Below, one piece after another: positions 38,295-53,001 of a DNA stretch of 64,000 bases. The position numbers were made by a program, and so were the translations under genes. Source of the stretch: Auanema rhodensis. Its lineage: Eukaryota > Animalia > Nematoda. The DNA lies in contig OZ059895.1 in the NCBI GenBank assembly GCA_964057225.1, forward strand, positions 2,170,001 through 2,234,000, in the 5' to 3' direction. The notes under the pieces were generated by a model. It searched no databases. It worked only from the letters and a program-made list of their open reading frames with translations, and was not told the DNA's origin. How positions within the stretch are numbered: the first letter of the stretch is position 1; each line of letters begins with the position of its first letter.

Positions 38295-41200
38295 TTTTCT
38301 CAATGTAGTATAGTGCATTCGATGCGGATTTTTAAGCTGCGTCGATCTGTGTTATCAGATTTGCGCTAGCTTAAAAATGCACCGAGATATCAACTGATAT
38401 AAGTTTACACTTATATCCTCGATTTTCACCCTGAAGAATTAATTTTTTCGTTGAGTAACATTGTCCATCGTCTTTGCCTTGAAAAATGGAATCTAAAAAC
38501 ATCTATTTTTTGCTAAATTGTTTCGAAATTTTTCGAAAAAATTTTTGTCAAAATGTTTTTGGAAGCAATGTTGAGTGTACATGGAAACTCAACATACACT
38601 AATGCATCATTTTTCAAACGATCATAACTAATTTTTGTATTAAGCTTTTCTCAATGTAGTATAGTGCATTCGATGCGGATTTTTAAGCTGCGTCGATCTG
38701 TGTTATCAGATTTGCGCTAGCTTAAAAATGCACCGAGATATCAACTGATATAAGTTCACACTTATATCCTCGATTTTCACCCTGAAGAATTAATTTTTTC
38801 GTTGAATAACATTGTCCATCTTCTGTGCCACAAAAAATGGAATCTAAAAACATCTACTTTTTGCTAAATTATTTTGAAATTTTTTGAAAAAATTTTTGTC
38901 AAAATGTTTTTGGAAGCAATGTTGAGTGTACATGGAAACTCAACATACACTAATGCATCATTTTTCAAACGATCATAACTAATTTTTGTATTAAGCGTTT
39001 CTCAATGTAGTATAGTGCATTCGATGCGGATTTTTAAGCTGCGTCGATCTGTGTTATCAGATTTGCGCTAGCTTAAAAATGCACCGAGATATCAACTGAT
39101 ATAAGTTCACACTTATATCCTCGATTTTCACCCTGAAGAATTAATTTTTTCGTTGAATAACATCGTCCATCGTCTTTGCCTTGAAAAATGGAATCTAAAA
39201 ACATCTACTTTTTGCTAAATTATTTTGAAATTTTTCGAAAAAATTTTTGTCAAAATGTTTTTGGAAGCAATGTTGAGTGTACATGGAAACTCAACATACA
39301 CTAATGCATCATTTTTCAAACGATCATAACTAATTTTTGTATTAAGCTTTTCTCAATGTAGTATAGTGCATTCGATGCGGATTTTTAAGCTGCGTCGATC
39401 TGTGTTATCAGATTTGCGCTAGCTTAAAAATGCACCGAGATATCAACTGATATAAGTTCACACTTATATCCTCGATTTTCACCCTGAAGAATTAATTTTT
39501 TCGTTGAATAACATCGTCCATCGTCTTTGCCTTGAAAAATGGAATCTAAAAACATCTACTTTTTGCTAAATTATTTTGAAATTTTTCGAAAAAATTTTTG
39601 TCAAAATGTTTTTGGAAGCAATGTTGAGTGTACATGGAAACTCAACATACACTAATGCATCATTTTTCAAACGATCATAACTAATTTTTGTATTAAGCTT
39701 TTCTCAATGTAGTATAGTGCATTCGATGCGGATTTTTAAGCTGCGTCGATCTGTGTTATCAGATTTGCGCTAGCTTAAAAATGCACCGAGATATCAACTG
39801 ATATAAGTTTACACTTATATCCTCGATTTTCACCCTGAAGAATTAATTTTTTCGTTGAATAACATCGTCCATCGTCTTTGCCTTGAAAAATGGAATCTAA
39901 AAACATCTACTTTTTGCTAAATTATTTTGAAATTTTTCGAAAAAATTTTTGTCAAAATGTTTTTGGAAGCAATGTTGAGTGTACGTGGAAACTCAACATA
40001 CACTAATGCATCATTTTTCAAACGATCATAACTAATTTTTGTATTAAGCTTTTCTCAATGTAGTATAGTGCATTCGATGCGGATTTTTAAGCTGCGTCGA
40101 TCTGTGTTATCAGATTTGCTCTAGCTTAAAAATGCACCGAGATATCAACTGATATAAGTTCACACTTATATCCTCGATTTTCACCCTGAAGAATTAATTT
40201 TTTCGTTGAATAACATCGTCCATCGTCTTTGCCTTGAAAAACGAAATCTAAAAACATCTACTTTTTGCTAAATTATTTTGAAATTTTTCGAAAAAATTTT
40301 TGTCAAAATGTTTTTGGAAGCAATGTTGAGTGTACATGGAAACTCAACATACACTAATGCATCATTTTTCAAACGATTATAACTAATTTTTGTATTAAGC
40401 TTTTCTCAATGTAGTATAGTGCATTCGATGCGGATTTTTAAGCTGCGTCGATCTGTGTTATCAGATTTGCGCTAGCTTAAAAATGCACCGAGATATCAAC
40501 TGATATAAGTTTACACTTATATCCTCGATTTTCACCCTGAAGAATTAATTTTTTCGTTGAATAACATTGTCCATCGTCTTTGCCTTGAAAAATGGAATCT
40601 AAAAACATCTATTTTTTGCTAAATTGTTTCGAAATTTTTCGAAAAAATTTTTGTCAAAATGTTTTTGGAAGCAATGTTGAGTGTACATGGAAACTCAACA
40701 TACACTAATGCATCATTTTTCAAACGATCATAACTAATTTTTGTATTAAGCTTTTCTCAATGTAGTATAGTGCATTCGATGCGGATTTTTAAGCTGCGTC
40801 GATCTGTGTTATCAGATTTGCGCTAGCTTAAAAATGCACCGAGATATCAACTGATATAAGTTCACACTTATATCCTCGATTTTCACCCTGAAGAATTAAT
40901 TTTTTCGTTGAATAACATTGTCCATCTTCTTTGCCACAAAAAATGGAATCTAAAAACATCTACTTTTTGCTAAATTATTTTGAAATTTTTCGAAAAAATT
41001 TTTGTCAAAATGTTTTTGGAAGCAATGTTGAGTGTACATGGAAACTCAACATACACTAATGCATCATTTTTCAAACGATCATAACTAATTTTTGTATTAA
41101 GCGTTTCTCAATGTAGTATAGTGCATTCGATGCGGATTTTTAAGCTGCGTCGATCTGTGTTATCAGATTTGCGCTAGCTTAAAAATGCACCGAGATATCA

Positions 41201-44200
41201 ACTGATATAAGTTCACACTTATATCCTCGATTTTCACCCTGAAGAATTAATTTTTTCGTTGAATAACATCGTCCATCGTCTTTGCCTTGAAAAATGGAAT
41301 CTAAAAACATCTACTTTTTGCTAAATTATTTTGAAATTTTTCGAAAAAATTTTTGTCAAAATGTTTTTGGAAGCAATGTTGAGTGTACATGGAAACTCAA
41401 CATACACTAATGCATCATTTTTCAAACGATCATAACTAATTTTTGTATTAAGCTTTTCTCAATGTAGTATAGTGCATTCGATGCGGATTTTTTAGCTGCG
41501 TCGATCTGTGTTATCAGATTTGCGCTAGCTTAAAAATGCACCGAGATATCAACTGATATAAGTTCACACTTATATCCTCGATTTTCACCCTGAAGAATTA
41601 ATTTTTTCGTTGAATAACATTGTCCATCGTCTTTGCCTTGAAAAATGGAATCTAAAAACATCTATTTTTTGCTAAATTGTTTCGAAATTTTTCGAAAAAA
41701 TTTTTGTCAAAATGTTTTTGGAAGCAATGTTGAGTGTACATGGAAACTCAACATACACTAATGCATCATTTTTCAAACGATCATAACTAATTTTTGTATT
41801 AAGCTTTTCTCAATGTAGTATAGTGCATTCGATGCGGATTTTTAAGCTGCGTCGATCTGTGTTATCAGATTTGCGCTAGCTTAAAAATGCACCGAGATAT
41901 CAACTGATATAAGTTCACACTTATATCCTCGATTTTCACCCTGAAGAATTAATTTTTTCGTTGAATAACATCGTCCATCGTCTTTGCCTTGAAAAATGGA
42001 ATCTAAAAACATCTACTTTTTGCTAAATTATTTTGAAATTTTTCGAAAAAATTTTTGTCAAAATGTTTTTGGAAGCAATGTTGAGTGTACATGGAAACTC
42101 AACATACACTAATGCATCATTTTTCAAACGATCATAACTAATTTTTGTATTAAGCTTTTCTCAATGTAGTATAGTGCATTCGATGCGGATTTTTAAGCTG
42201 CGTCGATCTGTGTTATCAGATTTGCGCTAGCTTAAAAATGCACCGAGATATCAACTGATATAAGTTTACACTTATATCCTCGATTTTCACCCTGAAGAAT
42301 TAATTTTTTCGTTGAATAACATCGTCCATCGTCTTTGCCTTGAAAAATGGAATCTAAAAACATCTACTTTTTGCTAAATTATTTTGAAATTTTTCGAAAA
42401 AATTTTTGTCAAAATGTTTTTGGAAGCAATGTTGAGTGTACGTGGAAACTCAACATACACTAATGCATCATTTTTCAAACGATCATAACTAATTTTTGTA
42501 TTAAGCTTTTCTCAATGTAGTATAGTGCATTCGATGCGGATTTTTAAGCTGCGTCGATCTGTGTTATCAGATTTGCGCTAGCTTAAAAATGCACCGAGAT
42601 ATCAACTGATATAAGTTCACACTTATATCCTCGATTTTCACCCTGAAGAATTAATTTTTTCGTTGAATAAGATCGTCCATCGTCTTTGCCTTGAAAAACG
42701 AAATCTAAAAACATCTACTTTTTGCTAAATTATTTTGAAATTTTTCGAAAAAATTTTTGTCAAAATGTTTTTGGAAGCAATGTTGAGTGTACATGGAAAC
42801 TCAACATACACTAATGCATCATTTTTCAAACGATTATAACTAATTTTTGTATTAAGCTTTTCTCAATGTAGTATAGTGCATTCGATGCGGATTTTTAAGC
42901 TGCGTCGATCTGTGTTATCAGATTTGCGCTAGCTTAAAAATGCACCGAGATATCAACTGATATAAGTTTACACTTATATCCTCGATTTTCACCCTGAAGA
43001 ATTAATTTTTTCGTTGAATAACATCGTCCATCGTCTTTGCCTTGAAAAATGAAATCTAAAAACATCTACTTTTTGCTAAATTATTTTGAAATTTTTCGAA
43101 AAAATTTTTGTCAAAATGTTTTTGGAAGCAATGTTGAGTGTACATGGAAACTCAACATACACTAATGCATCATTTTTCAAACGATCATAACTAATTTTTG
43201 TATTAAGCGTTTCTCAATGTAGTATAGTGCATTCGATGCGGATTTTTAAGCTGCGTCGATCTGTGTTATCAGATTTGCGCTAGCTTAAAAATGCACCGAG
43301 ATATCAACTGATATAAGTTCACACTTATATCCTCGATTTTCACCCTGAAGAATTAATTTTTTCGTTGAATAACATTGTCCATCGTCTTTGCCTTGAAAAA
43401 TGGAATCTAAAAACATCTACTTTTTGCTAAATTATTTTGAAATTTTTCGAAAAAATTTTTGTCAAAATGTTTTTGGAAGCAATGTTGAGTGTACATGGAA
43501 ACTCAACATACACTAATGCATCATTTTTCAAACGATCATAACTAATTTTTGTATTAAGCTTTTCTCAATGTAGTATAGTGCATTCGATGCGGATTTTTAA
43601 GCTGCGTCGATCTGTGTTATCAGATTTGCGCTAGCTTAAAAATGCACCGAGATATCAACTGATATAAGTTCACACTTATATCCTCGATTTTCACCCTGAA
43701 GAATTAATTTTTTCGTTGAATAACATCGTCCATCGTCTTTGCCTTGAAAAATGGAATCTAAAAACATCTACTTTTTGCTAAATTATTTTGAAATTTTTCG
43801 AAAAAATTTTTGTCAAAATGTTTTTGGAAGCAATGTTGAGTGTACATGGAAACTCAACATACACTAATGCATCATTTTTCAAACGATCATAACTAATTTT
43901 TGTATTAAGCGTTTCTCAATGTAGTATAGTGCATTCGATGCGGATTTTTAAGCTGCGTCGATCTGTGTTATCAGATTTGCGCTAGCTTAAAAATGCACCG
44001 AGGTATCAACTGATATAAGTTCACACTTATATCCTCGATTTTCACCCTGAAGAATTAATTTTTTCGTTGAATAACATCGTCCATCGTCTTTGCCTTGAAA
44101 AATGGAATCTAAAAACATCTACTTTTTGCTAAATTATTTTGAAATTTTTCGAAAAAATTTTTGTCAAAATGTTTTTGGAAGCAATGTTGAGTGTACATGG

Positions 44201-47200
44201 AAACTCAACATACACTAATGCATCATTTTTCAAACGATCATAACTAATTTTTGTATTAAGCTTTTCTCAATGTAGTATAGTGCATTCGATGCGGATTTTT
44301 AAGCTGCGTCGATCTGTGTTATCAGATTTGCGCTAGCTTAAAAATGCACCGAGATATCAACTGATATAAGTTTACACTTATATCCTCGATTTTCACCCTG
44401 AAGAATTAATTTTTTCGTTGAATAACATTGTCCATCGTCTTTGCCTTGAAAAATGGAATCTAAAAACATCTACTTTTTGCTAAATTATTTCGAAATTTTT
44501 CGAAAAAATTTTTGTCAAAATGTTTTTGGAAGCAATGTTGAGTGTACATGGAAACTCAACATACACTAATGCATCATTTTTCAAACAATCATAACTAATT
44601 TTTGTATTAAGCTTTTCTCAATGTAGTATAGTGCATTCGATGCGGATTTTTAAGCTGCGTCGATCTGTGTTATCAGATTTGCGCTAGCTTAAAAATGCAC
44701 CGAGATATCAACTGATATAAGTTCACACTTATATCCTCGATTTTCACCCTGAAGAATTAATTTTTTCGTTGAATAACATCGTCCATCGTCTTTGCCTTGA
44801 AAAACGGAATCTAAAAACATCCACTTTTTGCTAAATTATTTTGAAATTTTTCGAAAAAATTTTTGTCAAAATGTTTTTGGAAGCAATGTTGAGTGTACAT
44901 GGAAACTCAACATACACTAATGCATCATTTTTCAAACGATCATAACTAATTTTTGTATTGAGCGTTTCTCAATGTAGTATAGTGCATTCGATGCGGATTT
45001 TTAAGCTGCGTCGATCTGTGTTATCAGATTTGCGCTAGCTTAAAAATGCACCGAGATATCAACTGATATAAGTTCACACTTATATCCTCGATTTTCACCC
45101 TGAAGAATTAATTTTTTCGTTGAATAACATCGTCCATCGTCTTTGCCTTGAAAAATGGAATCTAAAAACATCTACTTTTTGCTAAATTATTTTGAAATTT
45201 TTCGAAAAAATTTTTGTCAAAATGTTTTTGGAAGCAATGTTGAGTGTACATGGAAACTCAACATACACTAATGCATCATTTTTCAAACGATTATAACTAA
45301 TTTTTGTATTAAGCTTTTCTCAATGTAGTATAGTGCATTCGATGCGGATTTTTAAGCTGCGTCGATCTGTGTTATCAGATTTGCGCTAGCTTAAAAATGC
45401 ACCGAGATATCAACTGATATAAGTTTACACTTATATCCTCGATTTTCACCCTGAAGAATTAATTTTTTCGTTGAATAACATTATCCATCGTCTTTGCCTT
45501 GAAAAATGGAATCTAAAAACATCTACTTTTTGCTAAATTATCTCGAAATTTTTCGAAAAAATTTTTGTCAAAATGTTTTTGGAAGCAATGTTGAGTGTAC
45601 ATGGAAACTCAACATACACTAATGCATCATTTTTCAAACGATCATAACTAATTTTTGTATTAAGCTTTTCTCAATGTAGTATAGTGCATTCGATGCGGAT
45701 TTTTAAGCTGCGTCGATCTGTGTTATCAGATTTGCGCTAGCTTAAAAATGCACCGAAATATCAACTGATATAAGTTCACACTTATATCCTCGATTTTCAC
45801 CCTGAAGAATTAATTTTTTCGTTGAATAACATCGTCCATCGTCTTTGCCTTGAAAAACGAAATCTAAAAACATCTACTTTTTGCTAAATTATTTTGAAAT
45901 TTTTCGAAAAAATTTTTGTCAAAATGTTTTTGGAAGCAATGTTGAGTGTACATGGAAACTCAACATACACTAATGCATCATTTTTCAAACGAATATAACT
46001 AATTTTTGTATTAAGCTTTTCTCAATGTAGTATAGTGCATTCGATGCGGATTTTTAAGCTGCGTCGATCTGTGTTATCAGATTTGCGCTAGCTTAAAAAT
46101 GCACCGAGATATCAACTGATATAAGTTCACACTTATATTCTCGATTTTCACCCTGAAGAATTAATTTTTTCGTTGAATAACATTGTCCATCGTCTTTGCC
46201 TCGAAAAATGGAATCTAAAAACATCTACTTTTTGCTAAATTATTTTGAAATTTTTCGAAAAAATTTTTGTCAAAATGTTTTTGGAAGCAATGTTGAGTGT
46301 ACATGGAAACTCAACATACACTAATGCATCATTTTTCAAACGATCATAACTAATTTTTGTATTAAGCGTTTCTCAATGTAGTATAGTGCATTCGATGCGG
46401 ATTTTTAAGCTGCGTCGATCTGTGTTATCAGATTTGCGCTAGCTTAAAAATGCACCGAGATATCAACTGATATAAGTTCACACTTATATCCTCGATTTTC
46501 ACCCTGAAGAATTAATTTTTTCGTTGAATAACATCGTCCATCGTCTTTGCCTTGAAAAATGGAATCTAAAAACATCTACTTTTTGCTAAATTATTTTGAA
46601 ATTTTTCGAAAAAATTTTTGTCAAAATGTTTTTGGAAGCAATGTTGAGTGTACATGGAAACTCAACATACACTAATGCATCATTTTTCAAACGATCATAA
46701 CTAATTTTTGTATTAAGCTTTTCTCAATGTAGTATAGTGCATTCGATGCGGATTTTTAAGCTGCGTCGATCTGTGTTATCAGATTTGCGCTAGCTTAAAA
46801 ATGCACCGAGATATCAACTGATATAAGTTCACACTTATATCCTCGATTTTCACCCTGAAGAATTGATTTTTTCGTTGAATAACATCGTCCATCGTCTTTG
46901 CCTTGAAAAATGGAATCTAAAAACATCTACTTTTTGCTAAATTATTTTGAAATTTTTCGAAAAAATTTTTGTCAAAATGTTTTTGGAAGCAATGTTGAGT
47001 GTACATGGAAACTCAACATACACTAATGCATCATTTTTCAAACGATCATAACTAATTTTTGTATTAAGCGTTTCTCAATGTAGTATAGTGCATTCGATGC
47101 GGATTTTTAAGCTGCGTCGATCTGTGTTATCAGATTTGCGCTAGCTTAAAAATGCACCGAGGTATCAACTGATATAAGTTCACACTTATATCCTCGATTT

Positions 47201-50200
47201 TCACCCTGAAGAATTAATTTTTTCGTTGAATAACATCGTCCATCGTCTTTGCCTTGAAAAATGGAATCTAAAAACATCTACTTTTTGCTAAATTATTTTG
47301 AAATTTTTCGAAAAAATTTTTGTCAAAATGTTTTTGGAAGCAATGTTGAGTGTACATGGAAACTCAACATACACTAATGCATCATTTTTCAAACGATCAT
47401 AACTAATTTTTGTATTAAGCTTTTCTCAATGTAGTATAGTGCATTCGATGCGGATTTTTAAGCTGCGTCGATCTGTGTTATCAGATTTGCGCTAGCTTAA
47501 AAATGCACCGAGATATCAACTGATATAAGTTTACACTTATATCCTCGATTTTCACCCTGAAGAATTAATTTTTTCGTTGAATAACATCGTCCATCGTCTT
47601 TGCCTTGAAAAATGGAATCTAAAAACATCTACTTTTTGCTAAATTATTTTGAAATTTTTCGAAAAAATTTTTGTCAAAATGTTTTTGGAAGCAATGTTGA
47701 GTGTACGTGGAAACTCAACATACACTAATGCATCATTTTTCAAACGATCATAACTAATTTTTGTATTAAGCTTTTCTCAATGTAGTATAGAGCATTCGAT
47801 GCGGATTTTTAAGCTGCGTCGATCTGTGTTATCAGATTTGCGCTAGCTTAAAAATGCACCGAGATATCAACTGATATAAGTTTACACTTATATCCTCGAT
47901 TTTCACCCTGAAGAATTAATTTTTTCGTTGAATAACATTGTCCATCGTCTTTGCCTTGAAAAATGGAATCTAAAAACATCTACTTTTTGCTAAATTATTT
48001 CGAAATTTTTCGAAAAAATTTTTGTCAAAATGTTTTTGGAAGCAATGTTGAGTGTACATGGAAACTCAACATACACTAATGCATCATTTTTCAAACGATC
48101 ATAACTAATTTTTGTATTAAGCTTTTCTCAATGTAGTATAGTGCATTCGATGCGGATTTTTAAGCTGCGTCGATCTGTGTTATCAGATTTGCGCTAGCTT
48201 AAAAATGCACCGAGATATCAACTGATATAAGTTCACACTTATATCCTCGATTTTCACCCTGAAGAATTAATTTTTTCGTTGAATAACATCGTCCATCGTC
48301 TTTGCCTTGAAAAACGGAATCTAAAAACATCTACTTTTTGCTAAATTATTTTGAAATTTTTCGAAAAAATTTTTGTCAAAATGTTTTTGGAAGCAATGTT
48401 GAGTGTACATGGAAACTCAACATACACTAATGCATCATTTTTCAAACGATCATAACTAATTTTTGTATTAAGCGTTTCTCAATGTAGTATAGTGCATTCG
48501 ATGCGGATTTTTAAGCTGCGTCGATCTGTGTTATCAGATTTGCGCTAGCTTAAAAATGCACCGAGATATCAACTGATATAAGTTCACACTTATATCCTCG
48601 ATTTTCACCCTGAAGAATTAATTTTTTCGTTGAATAACATCGTCCATCGTCTTTGCCTTGAAAAATGGAATCTAAAAACATCTACTTTTTGCTAAATTAT
48701 TTTGAAATTTTTCGAAAAAATTTTTGTCAAAATGTTTTTGGAAGCAATGTTGAGTGTACATGGAAACTCAACATACACTAATGCATCATTTTTCAAACGA
48801 TTATAACTAATTTTTGTATTAAGCTTTTCTCAATGTAGTATAGTGCATTCGATGCGGATTTTTAAGCTGCGTCGATCTGTGTTATCAGATTTGCGCTAGC
48901 TTAAAAATGCACCGAGATATCAACTGATATAAGTTCACACTTATATTCTCGATTTTCACCCTGAAGAATTAATTTTTTCGTTGAATAACATTGTCCATCG
49001 TCTTTGCCTTGAAAAATGGAATCTAAAAACATCTACTTTTTGCTAAATTATTTTGAAATTTTTCGAAAAAATTTTTGTCAAAATGTTTTTGGAAGCAATG
49101 TTGAGTGTACATGGAAACTCAACATACACTAATGCATCATTTTTCAAACGATCATAACTAATTTTTGTATTAAGCGTTTCTCAATGTAGTATAGTGCATT
49201 CGATGCGGATTTTTAAGCTGCGTCGATCTGTGTTATCAGATTTGCGCTAGCTTAAAAATGCACCGAGATATCAACTGATATAAGTTCACACTTATATTCT
49301 CGATTTTCACCCTGAAGAATTAATTTTTTCGTTGAATAACATTGTCCATCGTCTTTGCCTTGAAAAATGGAATCTAAAAACATCTACTTTTTGCTAAATT
49401 ATTTTGAAATTTTTCGAAAAAATTTTTGTCAAAATGTTTTTGGAAGCAATGTTGAGTGTACATGGAAACTCAACATACACTAATGCATCATTTTTCAAAC
49501 GATCATAACTAATTTTTGTATTAAGCGTTTCTCAATGTAGTATAGTGCATTCGATGCGGATTTTTAAGCTGCGTCGATCTGTGTTATCAGATTTGCGCTA
49601 GCTTAAAAATGCACCGAGATATCAACTGATATAAGTTCACACTTATATCCTCGATTTTCACCCTGAAGAATTAATTTTTTCGTTGAATAACATCGTCCAT
49701 CGTCTTTGCCTTGAAAAATGGAATCTAAAAACATCTACTTTTTGCTAAATTATTTTGAAATTTTTCGAAAAAATTTTTGTCAAAATGTTTTTGGAAGCAA
49801 TGTTGAGTGTACATGGAAACTCAACATACACTAATGCATCATTTTTCAAACGATCATAACTAATTTTTGTATTAAGCGTTTTTCAATGTAGTATAGTGCA
49901 TTCGATGCGGATTTTTAAGCTGCGTCGATCTGTGTTATCAGATTTGCGCTAGCTTAACAATGCACCGAGATATCAACTGATATAAGTTCACACTTATATC
50001 CTCGATTTTCACCCTGAAGAATTAATTTTTTCGTTGAATAATATTGTCCATCGTCTTTGCCTTGAAAAATGAAATCTAAAAACATCTACTTTTTGCTAAA
50101 TTATTTTGAAATTTTTCGAAAAAATTTTTGTCAAAATGTTTTTGGAAGCAATGTTGAGTGTACATGGAAACTCAACATACACTAATGCATCATTTTTCAA

Positions 50201-53001
50201 ACGATTATAACAAATTTTTGTATTGAGCTTTTCTCAATGTAGTATAGTGCATTCGATGCGGATTTTTAAGCTGCGTCGATCTGTGTTATCAGATTTGCGC
50301 TAGCTTAAAAATGCACCGAGATATCAACTGATATAAGTTCACACTTATATCCTCGATTTTCACCCTGAAGAATTAATTTTTTCGTTGAATAATATTGTCC
50401 ATCGTCTTTGCCTTGAAAAATGAAATCTAAAAACATCTACTTTTTGCTCAATTATTTTGAAATTTTTCGAAAAAATTTTTGTCAAAATGTTTTTGGAAGC
50501 AATGTTGAGTGTACATGGAAACTCAACATACACTAATGCATCATTTTTCAAACGATCATAACTAATTTTTGTATTAAGCTTTTCTCAATGTAGTATAGTG
50601 CATTCGATGCGGATTTTTAAGCTGCGTCGATCTGTTTTATCAGATTTGCGCTAGCTTAAAAATGCACCGAGATATCAACTGATATAAGTTCACACTTATA
50701 TCCTCGATTTTCACCCTGAAGAATTAATTTTTTTGTTGAATAACATTGTCCATCGTCTTTGCCTTGAAAAATGAAATCTAAAAACATCTACTTTTTGCTA
50801 AATTATTTTGAAATTTTTCGAAAAAATTTTTGTCAAAATGTTTTTGGAAGCAATGTTGAGTGTACATGGAAACTCAACATACACTAATGCATCATTTTTC
50901 AAACGATCATAACTAATTTTTGTATCAAACGTTTCTCAATGTAGTATAGTGCATTCGATGCGGATTTTTAAGCTGCGTCGATCTGTGTTATCAGATTTGC
51001 GCTAGCTTAAAAATGCACCGAGATATCAACTGATATAAGTTCACACTTATATCCTCGATTTTCACCCTGAAGAATTAATTTTTTCGTTGAATAACATTGT
51101 CCATCGTCTTTGCCCTGAAAAAAGGAATCTAAAAACATCTACTTTTTGCTAAATTATTTTGAAATTTTTGGAAAAAATTTTTGTCAAAATGTTTTTGGAA
51201 GCAATGTTGAGTGTACATGGAAACTCAACATACACTAATGCATCATTTTTCAAACGATCATAACTAATTTTTGTATTAAGCGTTTCTCAATGTAGTATAG
51301 TGCATTCGATGCGAATTTTTAAGCTGCGTCGATCTGTGTTATCAGATTTGCGCTAGCTTAAAAATGCACCGAGATATCAACTGATATAAGTTCACACTTA
51401 TATCCTCGATTTTCACCCTGAAGAATTAATTTTTTCGTTGAATAGCATTGTCCATCGTCTTTGCCTTGAAAAAAGGAATCTAAAAACATCTACTTTTTGC
51501 TAAATTATTTTGAAATTTTTCGAAAAAATTTTTGTCAAAATGTTTTTGGAAGCAATGTTGAGTGTACATGGAAACTCAACATACACTAATGCATCATTTT
51601 TCAAACGATCATAACTAATTTTTGTATTAAGCGTTTCTCAATGTAGTATAGTGCATTCGATGCGAATTTTTAAGCTGCGTCGATCTGTGTTATCAGATTT
51701 GCGCTAGCTTAAAAATGCACCGAGATATCAACTGATATAAGTTCACACTTATATCCTCGATTTTCACCCTGAAGAATTAATTTTTTCGTTGAATAGCATT
51801 GTCCATCGTCTTTGCCTTGAAAAAAGGAATCTAAAAACATCTACTTTTTGCTAAATTATTTTGAAATTTTTCGAAAAAATTTTTGTCAAAATGTTTTTGG
51901 AAGCAATGCTGAGTGTACATGGAAACTCAACATACACTAATGCATCATTTTTCAAACGATCATAACTAATTTTTGTATCAAGCGTTTCTCGATGTAGTAT
52001 AGTGCATTCGATGCGGATTTTTAAGCTGCGTCGATCTGTGTTATCAGATTTGCGCTGGCTTAAAAATGCACCGAGATATCAACTGATATAAGTTCACACT
52101 TATATCCTCGATTTTCACCCTGAAGAATTAATTTTTTCGTTGAATAGCATTGTCCATCGTCTTTGCCTTGAAAAAAGGAATCTAAAAACATCTACTTTTT
52201 GCTAAATTATTTTGAAATTTTTCGAAAAAATTTTTGTCAAAATGTTTTTGGAAGCAATGCTGAGTGTACATGGAAACTCAACATACACTAATGCATCATT
52301 TTTCAAACGATCATAACTAATTTTTGTATCAAGCGTTTCTTGATGTAGTATAGTGCATTCGATGCGGATTTTTAAGCTGCGTCGATCTGTGTTATCAGAT
52401 TTGCGCTAACTTAAAAATGCACCGAGATATCAACTGATATAAGTTCACACTTATATCCTCGATTTTCACCCTGAACAATTAATTTTTTCGTTGAATAACA
52501 TTGTCCATCGTCTTTGCCTTGAAAAATGGAATCTAAAAACATCTACTTTTTGCTAAATTATTTTGAAATTTTTCGAAAAAATTTTTGTCAAAATGTTTTT
52601 GGAAGCAATGTTGAGTGTACATGGAAACTCAACATACACTAATGCATCATTTTTCAAACGATCATAACTAATTTTTGTATTAAGCGTTTCTCAATGTAGT
52701 ATAGTGCATTCGATGCGAATTTTTAAGCTGCGTCGATCTGTGTTATCAGATTTGCGCTAGCTTAAAAATGCACCGAGATATCAACTGATATAAGTTCACA
52801 CTTATATCCTCGATTTTCACCCTGAAGAATTAATTTTTTTGTTGAATAGCATTGTCCATCGTCTTTGCCTTGAAAAAAGGAATCTAAAAACATCTACTTT
52901 TTGCTAAATTATTTTGAAATTTTTCGAAAAAATTTTTGTCAAAATGTTTTTGGAAGCAATGCTGAGTGTACATGGAAACTCAACATACACTAATGCATCA
53001 T

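Noticed and set aside
18419-50551. Four 63-aa minus-strand ORFs
   Set aside because: They arise from single substitutions (255T>G or 256A>C) that convert a minus-strand TAG to TCG or GAG. The other roughly 178 monomers keep the stop.
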